Assembly (NCBI GenBank): GCA_036794525.1
Contig: DAIRGM010000009.1
Coordinates: 779 to 64,778, forward strand
Origin: Methanoculleus sp.
GTDB taxonomy: Archaea > Halobacteriota > Methanomicrobia > Methanomicrobiales > Methanoculleaceae
Reading direction: 5' to 3'
Length of the DNA: 64,000 nt
This document shows, one piece after another, positions 45,416 to 53,440 of this stretch. Every line of letters starts with the position of its first letter. The first letter of the stretch is position 1. A program made the translations under genes and the position numbers. Below the pieces are notes generated by a model. The model saw nothing but the letters and a program-made list of their open reading frames with translations, made no database searches and had not been told where the DNA came from.

Positions 45416-46690
45416 TCACGGCCGCTCCACTCCTGCATCGCCCGTCGATGCCTCGATCGCCGCGAGGAGTTCGCCGGCGGATTGGTAGCGGTCGGCAGGA
45501 TCCTTTGCGAGGCACCGGAGGATGATCGGGTCGAGTCCTGCAAGGTTTGGGTCGAGTCCTGCAAGGTTCGGGTCGATCTCCGATGGAGGGACGGGCTGCT
45601 CGCGGATGACCGCTTCGGCCAGCCCCGCAAGGCTCTCGCGGGCAAAGGGCGGCTTCCCCGTCACCAGTTCGTAGAAGACGGCGCCGAGCTGGTAGATGTC
45701 CGTCCGTGCATCGGCCCTGCCGAACCGCTCCGGGGCGATCTGCTCCGGGGCCGCGTAGGCGAGGGTGAACCCGGCGATGCCGGTATCCCGGATCGCCACG
45801 AGCGTCGTGCTCATCCCCCAGTCGGCGATCTTCGGCGTCAGGCCGTCGTCAAGAAGGATGTTCCGCGGCTTGATGTCCCGGTGGATCACACCCTTTTCGT
45901 GGGCGTAGGCGATTCCTGCGGCTATTCCTGCGGCAATGCGGGCGGCGGTCTCTGCCGGGAGGGGTTTTTCAAGGTCGTCCAGCGTCCGGGGGAGGTACTC
46001 CATCTCGACGAACGGCACCGGGAGGATGTTGACCGAGTGAACTGCCACGATGTTCGGGTGAGCCAGGTCTTCCCAGAACCGCATCTCCTTCATGAAGGTC
46101 TTCCCCGTCGCCTCGTCGTAGGCGGCCGGGATCTTCACCGCTACGGTTCGACGGTCATCGCGCCTGACCGCCGAGAAGACCTGCCCGAGCCCCCCTCTCC
46201 CGACGAGGGCGACCCGGTCGTAGCGCTCCGCAAGTTCGGGCGGGAACCCTGCCGGGCGGGAGAGCACTGTTTGGTATGCGTCGGCAGGGGCGGTCGCGGC
46301 GGACTCCGCCTCCCCCCCGTCCGGCCGCTTCAGGTGCCGGGCGCCGAGAACGACGGCGCCGGCGAGGAGAGCGAGAGCCAGGGCGGCCCCGAGCCAGGGG
46401 AACGGGTTGGTGTCGGCCGGGGTTGCCGTCACTTCTGTCGGGGTATCGTCGGGCGTGGTGGTCGCGTCAGGCGAGGGCGTCTCTTCCGGTGCATCTCTCC
46501 CCTTGTTCTGGCCGGGACCGGCGTTCTTATCATCGTTCGGGTTCTTTCCGGCGGACCCGATGCCCTGGGGGGAGGGGTTTGCGTGTTCGGGCGGGCCTCC
46601 GGCGCCCGAGACGATTGGGACGAAGGCTGCGAGGAGCAGCGCGGCGGCGAGGAGCAGGGCGGCCGCCCGCCCGGCCCGGTCAGGCGGCAT
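45416..46690 (-). CDS. membrane-anchored Hanks-type Ser/Thr protein kinase
   Basis: ORF 45416..46771. Start at MPPDRAG (ATG 46690). N-terminal signal/anchor, Pro/Thr/Asp-rich segment, TM FPWLGAALALALLAGAVVLGA. Kinase domain GRGGLGQVF, AVK, HRDIKPRNILL, DWG, APE. Confidence 0.85.
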   Translation of the reverse strand: MPPDRAGRAAALLLAAALLLAAFVPIVSGAGGPPEHANPSPQGIGSAGKNPNDDKNAGPGQNKGRDAPEETPSPDATTTPDDTPTEVTATPADTNPFPWLGAALALALLAGAVVLGARHLKRPDGGEAESAATAPADAYQTVLSRPAGFPPELAERYDRVALVGRGGLGQVFSAVRRDDRRTVAVKIPAAYDEATGKTFMKEMRFWEDLAHPNIVAVHSVNILPVPFVEMEYLPRTLDDLEKPLPAETAARIAAGIAAGIAYAHEKGVIHRDIKPRNILLDDGLTPKIADWGMSTTLVAIRDTGIAGFTLAYAAPEQIAPERFGRADARTDIYQLGAVFYELVTGKPPFARESLAGLAEAVIREQPVPPSEIDPNLAGLDPNLAGLDPIILRCLAKDPADRYQSAGELLAAIEASTGDAGVERP

Positions 46691-47477
46691 CCGGCACCGG
46701 CACCCCACCGGGAGCGACGAAGACGAGGGTTGCTCCCGGTGCGCCTTTCGCAAGTTCGATGAGGTCCCCATCGTGAAGTTCCCGCCGCGTGCCCGTCTTG
46801 AGCGGCGTACCGTTCACGAAGGTGCCGCCCGTGCTGCCGCAGTCCTCGATGAGCCGGACCCCGTCTCGGCGGCGGGTGATCCGGGCATGCGGCTTCGAGA
46901 CGCGGGTGACCGCCGCGTACTCCTCGCCGAGGACGATCGCCTCTCCGGCCCGTTCGGGCGCTCCCGGGTCCGCCCGGCCTACGGCGATGCTCTCCTCGGC
47001 GAGCGCAAAGACCCTGCCGTCCTCCGCGCCCCCGAGGAGGATGACGACCGGGGGCTGCCCGGAGAACTCCCCTGAGAACGTCTCACGGACGGCGGCGAGT
47101 TTCTTCGCGAGCACGGCGTCCGTGAGGGTCAGTTTCAGGTTCGCAAACAACCCGAGGCTCCGCGTGATCGCTTCGAGCCCTCCGGGCACGAGCGAGTATT
47201 TCCAGACCGGGTGGACCCCCTTTGCGGTCGGGCGCGAGAGGCCGGCCTCTTTGCGGACGACCCCGATGCTCATCAGTTTGTCGAGGTGTTTCTTCGTGTT
47301 CTCGTAACTCGTCTTGATCGCGGCCGATATCTGCCGGACGTCTTTCGGGCTTCGTTCGATGGCTTTCAAGATCTTTAAGCGCGTGCTGCTGCTCAGCACG
47401 TCAAGGTATTCGGAGAGTTCCTGCAGGTCGTCGTTGTCTGTATCGAGGATGAGTGTCCTTGAGTCGTCGTCGGTCAT
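46680..47477 (-). CDS. ArsR-like winged-helix / FHA domain fusion protein
   Basis: 265 aa. N-terminal wHTH (..STRLKILKAI....DV.QISAAI..SYENTKKHLDKL..IGVV). C-terminal FHA (..IAVGR......I.L......V.SKPHA.I.........ED.GSTGGTFVNG.P......L.DGD.I). Confidence 0.8.
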   Translation of the reverse strand: MTDDDSRTLILDTDNDDLQELSEYLDVLSSSTRLKILKAIERSPKDVRQISAAIKTSYENTKKHLDKLMSIGVVRKEAGLSRPTAKGVHPVWKYSLVPGGLEAITRSLGLFANLKLTLTDAVLAKKLAAVRETFSGEFSGQPPVVILLGGAEDGRVFALAEESIAVGRADPGAPERAGEAIVLGEEYAAVTRVSKPHARITRRRDGVRLIEDCGSTGGTFVNGTPLKTGTRRELHDGDLIELAKGAPGATLVFVAPGGVPVPDAA

Positions 47478-47643
47478 AGGCTCTCGTGCGGGGCTCCGTT
47501 GCTGTATGGTTTAACGAGGTCTCTGATGAAGGTTGTGCACCTCGATGACCGGCGAATCGTGCCGGCACGCTCCGATTGACGCCGCCCGGTGCATGGCCCC
47601 GCCCCGGATCATCTTTTATACGAGGGGGGTGTTCAGGGGCGGC

Positions 47644-47928
47644 ATGCTTGGCGAGTTCGAGACCCTGCAACGGCAGGCCATGATGGTGGAGATCGAGGAG
47701 ATCATCCAGGCGACGCCCGACTACACCGATGTCAGGGAGGCGCTCCGGTCGCGCAACTTCATACCGGAGCGGGACGAGGAGAACGTCGCGATATGGGTGC
47801 AGCCCGAACTCGGGATCTTCGTCCTCCTGCAGATGAACCTCGGGGGCGGGTACGCGGGCTACCGGGTGGCCTCCTACGATGACCTGGAAGAGAGCGAGGA
47901 CGGATCTGCCGGGTTCAACGCCCGGTAA
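47644..47928 (+). CDS. small acidic hypothetical protein (paralog 1)
   Basis: ORF 47533..47928; likely start MLGEFETLQ (ATG 47644). Paralogous to the next gene (shared ..P.Y.(D/E)(V/I)RE.L....F........A(I/L)W......(I/L)FVL(L/V)......G......(V/A)S.(Y/F)(D/E)(D/E)(L/V)E.SE). Confidence 0.5.
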   Translation: MLGEFETLQRQAMMVEIEEIIQATPDYTDVREALRSRNFIPERDEENVAIWVQPELGIFVLLQMNLGGGYAGYRVASYDDLEESEDGSAGFNAR

Positions 47929-47996
47929 GCTCCTTTTGGGACCCGCCGGCAGGCTCACCCTTCATCGCCCCTGCCGGGTCAGGTTTATCCGGGCGT

Positions 47997-48281
47997 ATGC
48001 GGTATGGTCGGCGTATGCCGGAACAGGTACCCCTCAACCGGGACGCACAGGAGGCCATGAAGGCCAGGATCAGGGAGAAACTCGCGGCGAACCCAACCTA
48101 CGACGAGATCCGGGAACTTCTTGGAACTCTCGGATTCCACGCGAAGGAGGACAGGCCCGCCCTCGCCCTCTGGGAGAACGGCGAGCACGAGCTCTTTGTG
48201 CTGGTGCATATCGACCCGAAGACCGGGAGGCTGCGCGACCACGCGGTGAGCACCTTCGAGGAGGTGGAGGGGTCCGAGTAG
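47997..48281 (+). CDS. small acidic hypothetical protein (paralog 2)
   Basis: 94 aa (or starting at MPEQVPL, ATG 48015). Clear similarity to the preceding ORF. Confidence 0.5.
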   Translation: MRYGRRMPEQVPLNRDAQEAMKARIREKLAANPTYDEIRELLGTLGFHAKEDRPALALWENGEHELFVLVHIDPKTGRLRDHAVSTFEEVEGSE

Positions 48282-48288
48282 CCCCGGG

Positions 48289-48633
48289 TCATGCCGGGTC
48301 CGTAAAGAGCCCGATGTAGCCCGCGATGAGTGCGATGACGAAGACGAAGAGGTAGACCGGGAGCGCGAGCGCCCCCTCAAGGACAGAGAAGACTTCGACG
48401 CCGGTGATCTCGCCGATGAGCAGGAAGAGCCGGACGAGGAAGATGACCAGGAGCACGGCGCCGGATGCGCCGAAGACGGGGCCGGGCAGGCTCAGGGGGA
48501 GTGGAAGCGCCCCGAAGAGGTCGCCGATGAGGAAGAGGACCGATATCAGGATGAGCAGCCCGAGGTTGGCGTTGAGGAACTCGACGATCTGGAGGAAGAT
48601 CGGTGTCTGGACGTAGGCGTCCGCGAGGATGTT
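48289..48633 (-). pseudogene. 3' part (114 codons) of a small polytopic membrane-protein gene split by TnpB element 2
   Basis: NILADAYVQTPIFLQIVEF..., hydrophobic throughout. The reading frame is closed by TAG immediately upstream, inside the element's left end. It joins in frame to the 30-codon fragment at 49929-50018. Confidence 0.65.
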
Positions 48634-48711
48634 CAACTAATTCCGCAAGGAGTCCCCGGTTTTCAGGCCGGGGAGGAATTGCGGTTCACACACAACGCTA
48701 AATATCTTTGA

Positions 48712-49893
48712 GTGAAATTAGTATGTGTGCTCACCACAAAGACCATCATCCTCAAGATGGACTGTCCTGACTCCGATCTTCTCGACCGGACGGTACAGAC
48801 CTACACCGAGGGGATGAACTACGTCTCTGCGGTCGTGTACAAACTCGGCAAACCCAAGGGTTCTGCCGCCCTCCAGACGATCGTCTATCCTGCTCTCCGG
48901 GAACAGATCGGTCTCAAGTCCCAGATGTCCTGCAATGTCGTCCGGCAGGTCACAGGAACCTACCGGACACTCCAGGAGCAGATCAAGGCGAAAAAGACCG
49001 AGTGGCAGCAGATTACGTATGCTCCTACATCCATGACCTTCTCCTTCGGGCGGGACTTCTCCCTCGACGGAGACGAGATCGGGCTTACGACTCTTGACGG
49101 GAGAAGGAAGTATCGGTTCTTCCGGTACCCTCACATGGAGCAGTATCTCGACGGAACATGGAAGTTTGGCGCGTCAAAACTGGTGAAACACCTGGATGGG
49201 ACGTACTATTTCCATCTCTGTTGCGAGAGGGAGACAGAGACCCGTGAGGTCGCGGAGTCTTCGACCTTCATGGGGGTGGATGTGGGTCAGAACTTCCTTG
49301 CGGTCGCCTCGACGACCGACAAGAAGTGTCGGTTCTTTTGTGGCGGGAAAGCCAAGGATCTCCGCAACATCTATTCTACTCTGCGGAAACGGTTGCAGTC
49401 GAAGGGCACCCGGGCGGCAAAGAGGATGCTGAAGCATCTCTCTGGCCGGGAGAGACGGCTGATGACTGATATGAACCACCGCGTCTCGAAGGCGATCGTT
49501 CGTTTTGCCGTTCAGAACAAGGTTGATGTGATCGGGCTGGAGGATCTCTCCGGGATCAGGGAACGGACTGAGACCTCGAAGAAGCAGAGGTACACCCATC
49601 ACTCCTGGGCGTTCTTTGAACTCCAGACCTTTATCGAGTACAAGGCACGGGAGAAGGGGATATCGATGGTCTATGTCGATCCGGCCTACACTTCCCAAAC
49701 CTGTCCTCGATGCAACCATATCAGTAAGAACAATCGGAATGGAAGATCGTTTGTCTGCGAATGCTGCGGGCACTCGCTCCATGCTGATCTTATCGGTGCT
49801 CGGAACATCGAGTCCAGAGCACGCACCTACAGGTATACCCTGGAGGTGCAGGGGTGCAGTCAACCACCCATACGAGAACTATCGACACGATAA
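48712..49893 (+). CDS. tnpB: TnpB (IS200/IS605 OrfB-type RNA-guided endonuclease), canonical D-E-D RuvC
   Basis: 393 aa (GTG start; exact start uncertain). RuvC-I GVDVGQNF, RuvC-II VIGLEDLSG. VDPAYTSQTCPRCN...CECCG zinc finger. RuvC-III LHADLIGARNI. Confidence 0.9.
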   Translation: MKLVCVLTTKTIILKMDCPDSDLLDRTVQTYTEGMNYVSAVVYKLGKPKGSAALQTIVYPALREQIGLKSQMSCNVVRQVTGTYRTLQEQIKAKKTEWQQITYAPTSMTFSFGRDFSLDGDEIGLTTLDGRRKYRFFRYPHMEQYLDGTWKFGASKLVKHLDGTYYFHLCCERETETREVAESSTFMGVDVGQNFLAVASTTDKKCRFFCGGKAKDLRNIYSTLRKRLQSKGTRAAKRMLKHLSGRERRLMTDMNHRVSKAIVRFAVQNKVDVIGLEDLSGIRERTETSKKQRYTHHSWAFFELQTFIEYKAREKGISMVYVDPAYTSQTCPRCNHISKNNRNGRSFVCECCGHSLHADLIGARNIESRARTYRYTLEVQGCSQPPIRELSTR

Positions 49894-49928
49894 AGTCTCA
49901 AGCCCCGCCCGAGAGGAGCGGGGTAGTT
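49780..49928 (+). ncRNA. predicted omega-RNA (reRNA) scaffold of TnpB-2
   Basis: By analogy with characterised TnpB systems. Terminal hairpin CCCCGC (49903-08) / GCGGGG (49918-23), followed by TAGTT at the element end. The putative guide is the flank GACTACGGCGAGCACGATCA (49929 onward). The 5' limit is a guess. Confidence 0.3.
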
Positions 49929-50018
49929 GACTACGGCGAGCACGATCAGGAAGACGACGATCCCGATGACTCTCGATACCAGGACTCCGGCGACTGACTC
50001 CTTCCTGTGCCCGGTCAT
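49929..50018 (-). pseudogene. 5' part (30 codons) of the membrane-protein gene split by TnpB element 2
   Basis: Hand translation from ATG 50018 (GGAAGGA 8 nt upstream): MTGHRKESVAGVLVSRVIGIVVFLIVLAVV. Reading then continues into the element for 22 unrelated codons to a stop. Confidence 0.6.
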
Positions 50019-50158
50019 GCGATCCTTCCGGGGGTAAAAGGCATTTCGATCTTATGGAGTTACCGGCCGGGGCTTCTTCCGTCAAAGACCACAACCTTCA
50101 AGTCGGCGCCGACGATGAATAAACCAGGGATCGCAGGCCGCAGTCCCTCTGCCTTCCG

Positions 50159-51901
50159 GTGAGCGTCATGGAGAACCACTCAATGGTGACGAACGTCGAG
50201 GTCGCGGCGATCCTTTACGAGGTCGCCAGCCTCCTGGAGATCAAGGGCGTCCGGTTCAGGCCGCAGGCATACCGGCGGGCGGCGCTGGCGATCGAGGCCC
50301 TGCCGGAGCGTATCGTCGACGTCGCACAGCGAGGCGATCTCGAGGATATCCCCGGGGTGGGCAGGGCCATCGCTGAGAAGGTCAACGAGATCATCGAGAC
50401 CGGCAGCCTCGGGTACCTCTCCGCTCTCCGTGAGGAACTCCCGGAGGGCGTGCAGCACCTCACCAGCGTTCCGGGGATCGGGCCGAAGAAGGCGATCGCC
50501 CTCTCCCGGGAACTCGGCGTCAGGACGGTCGACGACCTGGAGGCGGCGGGGCTGGCCGGCCGGATCCGTGATCTCCCCGGTTTTGGTGAGAAGACCGAGG
50601 CAAATATCCTCGCGAGCATCCGCGTGAGCCGGACGGCAGAGGGGCGCCGCCTTCTCGGGGAGATCCTTCCCGTCGCCCGGGAGATCGAGCGGCGGCTTGC
50701 CTCGTTCGCCTCTGTCGGCCGCGTGAGCCTCGCCGGGTCGATCCGCCGGAGGAAAGAGACGATCGGGGACGTCGACATCCTCGTGACCTCTCCCCGACCC
50801 GACGAGGTGATGGAGGCCTTCGCCACCCTCCCCGGGGTCGAGCGCGTCCTTGTCCGGGGGCCGACGAAGACCTCGGTGGCGCTCTCGACCGGCGTCCAGA
50901 TCGATCTCCGGGTGGTGGAGGACGAACATTTCGGGGCCGCCCTCCAGTATTTCACGGGCTCAAAGGAGCACAACATCGCTCTCCGGAGACTTGCGATCGC
51001 GAGGAACTGGCGGCTGAACGAGTACGGGCTCGTCGATCTCGAAACCGGCCGGACGGTCGCGGGAGAGGACGAGGCCGGGATCTACCGTGCTCTCGGTCTC
51101 GCCTGGATCGAACCGGAACTCCGGGAGGACCGGGGCGAGGTTGAGGCCGCCCGGGCGGGGACGCTCCCCGACCTGGTCGGCTACGACGCGATCCGCGGCG
51201 ACCTCCACGTCCACACCCGCTGGAGCGAGGGCGCTCATTCCATCGAGGAGATGGCACGGGCGGCCCGGGCGCTCGGCTACGAGTACATCGCCATCTGCGA
51301 CCATGCCGAGAGCCTCCACATCGCCCGCGGCCTCTCCCCCGCGCGCCTCGCCGACCAGGTGCGGGAGATCGAGCGGATCAACGCTGAGAGCGACGGCGCG
51401 TTCACCCTCCTCTCCGGCACCGAGTGCAACATCGGCATGGACGGCACGCTCGACCTCCCCGACAGCATCCTCGCCGACCTCGACGTGGTGGTAGCGAGTG
51501 TCCACTCGGGGTTCAAGCAGTCCGAGAAGGAGATGACCGGGCGGGTGCTGACGGCGATGCAGAACGAGCACGTCGATATCATCGGCCACCCGACGGGCCG
51601 GATCCTCCTCTCCCGCGAACCCTGCCAGATCGATCTCGCTACGATCTTCGATGCCGCGGCAGCGCTCGGGGTTCTTATGGAGATCAACGCCTTCCCCGGG
51701 AGGCTCGACCTCTCCGACGTCAACGCTCGTTCGGCCCTTGGAGCGGGCGTCCGGTTCTCCGTCGCCTCGGACGCCCATCGCCGTGAGAACCTCCGGTGTA
51801 TGGAGCTCGGGGTTGCGACCGCCCGGCGGGGGTGGCTCTCCACGGGCGATATCGCCAACACCCGGCCGCTTCCGGAGTTAAGGAAGATTCTGCGCTCTTA
51901 G
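50159..51901 (+). CDS. polX: DNA polymerase X family protein with C-terminal PHP domain (intact catalytic motifs)
   Basis: 580 aa (GTG 50159, or ATG 50168). HhH motifs IPGVGRAIA and VPGIGPKKA. Palm GSIRRRKETIGDVDILV ... QIDLRVV. PHP GDLHVHTRWSEG, CDH, ASVH, GHPTGR, SDAH. Confidence 0.9.
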   Translation: MSVMENHSMVTNVEVAAILYEVASLLEIKGVRFRPQAYRRAALAIEALPERIVDVAQRGDLEDIPGVGRAIAEKVNEIIETGSLGYLSALREELPEGVQHLTSVPGIGPKKAIALSRELGVRTVDDLEAAGLAGRIRDLPGFGEKTEANILASIRVSRTAEGRRLLGEILPVAREIERRLASFASVGRVSLAGSIRRRKETIGDVDILVTSPRPDEVMEAFATLPGVERVLVRGPTKTSVALSTGVQIDLRVVEDEHFGAALQYFTGSKEHNIALRRLAIARNWRLNEYGLVDLETGRTVAGEDEAGIYRALGLAWIEPELREDRGEVEAARAGTLPDLVGYDAIRGDLHVHTRWSEGAHSIEEMARAARALGYEYIAICDHAESLHIARGLSPARLADQVREIERINAESDGAFTLLSGTECNIGMDGTLDLPDSILADLDVVVASVHSGFKQSEKEMTGRVLTAMQNEHVDIIGHPTGRILLSREPCQIDLATIFDAAAALGVLMEINAFPGRLDLSDVNARSALGAGVRFSVASDAHRRENLRCMELGVATARRGWLSTGDIANTRPLPELRKILRS

Positions 51902-51903
51902 GG

Positions 51904-52359
51904 TTACCGGGCCGCCTGCTCCTGTTTGGCGCCGATGATGTCCACGAGTTCGATATCGAACGTCAGGGGCTGTCCGGCAAGGGGATGGTTTGCGTCCAGG
52001 GTCACGGTCGATTCCGAGACGTCGCTGACGACGACGATCGCCGTCCTGCCGTCCGGCTGCTGAACCTGGAGCTGCTGGCCGGGTTCGGGGTTGATATCCT
52101 CGGGGAACTGCCCTCTCTCCACCGCGAGGGTCATATCCTCGCGATGCTGGCCGTATGCCTCTTCGGGCGAGATGGTCGCCGTCTTCGTCTCTCCCGGCTC
52201 CATGCCGACCACGGCGCGCTCGAACCCCGGGATGATCTGGCCGCTGCCGATGGTGAACTCAAGCGGCGTTTGTTCTTCCGACGTGTCGAAGACCGTCCCG
52301 TCGCCAAGTTTTCCGGTGTAGTGCACCTTTACGGTGTCGCCTTCTTTTGCCTGCGCCAT
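51904..52359 (-). CDS. slyD: FKBP-type peptidyl-prolyl cis-trans isomerase (SlyD-like, with IF insert)
   Basis: 151 aa. GDTVKVHYTGKL.DGTVFDTS....PLEFT.G.GQ.IPGFE.AV.GM..GE.K. Confidence 0.88.
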   Translation of the reverse strand: MAQAKEGDTVKVHYTGKLGDGTVFDTSEEQTPLEFTIGSGQIIPGFERAVVGMEPGETKTATISPEEAYGQHREDMTLAVERGQFPEDINPEPGQQLQVQQPDGRTAIVVVSDVSESTVTLDANHPLAGQPLTFDIELVDIIGAKQEQAAR

Positions 52360-52467
52360 ACTGCATCACCAGCGGGTGCGTTGTTATCGGTCTCTATTTA
52401 TTCATGCCGGTGGGCCGCGATCACCCGGATCTCGGGGAATTTACCGGCGATGGTGTTCCAGCCGGGA

Positions 52468-53145
52468 TTACCTGAACCGCCCCGTCGGGCGTTGACCTGT
52501 GGATCTTCGGTGACCGTCCTTGCGGACGGCGTGCAGAACCCCTATGACGCCCATCACGTCGTATCCGGGCGTCCGCTCTATCTCAAAGTCGTAATGCTCC
52601 CCGATGTAGGCGAGGAGTCTCCGGTTCACCGGCCCTCCGATCGGGGGCACGTGGAGTTCCATCTCGATACGGCGCACCCCATCGAGGTCATCCGGCCTGA
52701 TCGACCACTCTGCGCCCTCGCAGTCGCACTTCAAGAAGTCGCAGCCCCCGGCCGCTGCGGCGAACTCGCCGAGGGTGCAGGTCGTCACGGCGAGGGTCTT
52801 CTCCCCCCAGGTTATCCGGACGCTCTCCCCCGTCCCGAGCGCCCCGTCCACCACCTCGACACCGCCGCCGTTTCGCTCGACGTTCTCCCGGAGCGCCTCC
52901 GTGAGGATGGGTTCGACGGCCGTTACGTGCCCTGAGCGGCGGGCGGCCCGGATGGAAAAGGCGCCCACGTTGGCCCCGAGGTCCAGGACTCTGTCGTCGG
53001 GCCGGATGTCGTCGAAGCGGTACTCGCCGACGACGTAGACGGCATCGGCTCCGGGCGGCATCCTCCGAAAGGTTACGCCGTCGTGTGTGGTGACGAGGGG
53101 TGTCTCCGGGCTGGTGCCGTCTCCTCTGGTGTGCTCTCGATACAT
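52468..53145 (-). CDS. FkbM-family SAM-dependent methyltransferase
   Basis: 225 aa. VLDLGANVGAFS motif I. ..FLKCDCEGAE.. is typical of the FkbM family. Confidence 0.7.
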   Translation of the reverse strand: MYREHTRGDGTSPETPLVTTHDGVTFRRMPPGADAVYVVGEYRFDDIRPDDRVLDLGANVGAFSIRAARRSGHVTAVEPILTEALRENVERNGGGVEVVDGALGTGESVRITWGEKTLAVTTCTLGEFAAAAGGCDFLKCDCEGAEWSIRPDDLDGVRRIEMELHVPPIGGPVNRRLLAYIGEHYDFEIERTPGYDVMGVIGVLHAVRKDGHRRSTGQRPTGRFR

Positions 53146-53440
53146 CGCGCTGGGTAACGTTGGGGTTCTTCTCTATATGGGCATTTCTTCTTCTGTTCCG
53201 GCTGCGCGCTCTCCGGATCCGCGTCGCCTCCGGGCCCGGAATCTTCTCATTCTATTAACCTTTTTTGCTCCGCCGTCATCGCTCCGCATCGCGCAAATCT
53301 GGATTGTATCGGCAAAAACCGTGCAACGGGTGCGATCTCACGATAAAGAGGGTATTTTTATAAGCATATATTTATTATTATCTGAGTATAGATGTCCTGT
53401 GCAGCAAGTCTCTGTGCTACCTTTGAGGGGGAGTTTTTCG

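Larger units (their letters stand above)
48634..49928 (+). mobile_element. TnpB-only IS200/IS605-type element 2 (1295 bp; ends ambiguous by up to 3 nt because GTT occurs at both junctions)
   Basis: Deleting 48634-49928 fuses ..LAVV (49929-50018) to NILADAY.. (48633 downward) in frame. The left end carries an imperfect hairpin CCGCAAGGAGTCCCCGG-TTTTCAGG-CCGGGGAGGAATTGCGG. The right end is AAGCCCCGCCCGAGAGGAGCGGGGTAGTT. No tnpA, no terminal inverted repeats, no duplication beyond GTT. Confidence 0.75.

Noticed and set aside
30129-49928. Composite transposon or recent inverted duplication bounded by the two TnpB elements
   Set aside because: The two TnpB proteins (and the two PolX proteins) are too divergent for recent duplication. 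IS200/IS605 elements do not form composite transposons through TIRs. The interior carries ordinary housekeeping genes (dph5, hisE, nusA, feoB).
53087-53440. 118-codon N-terminal extension of treT, and the overlapping start of the FkbM gene ORF
   Set aside because: The extension crosses an AT-rich promoter-like region and overlaps the divergent methyltransferase gene. Similarity to TreT begins at MAYMDG (53441).
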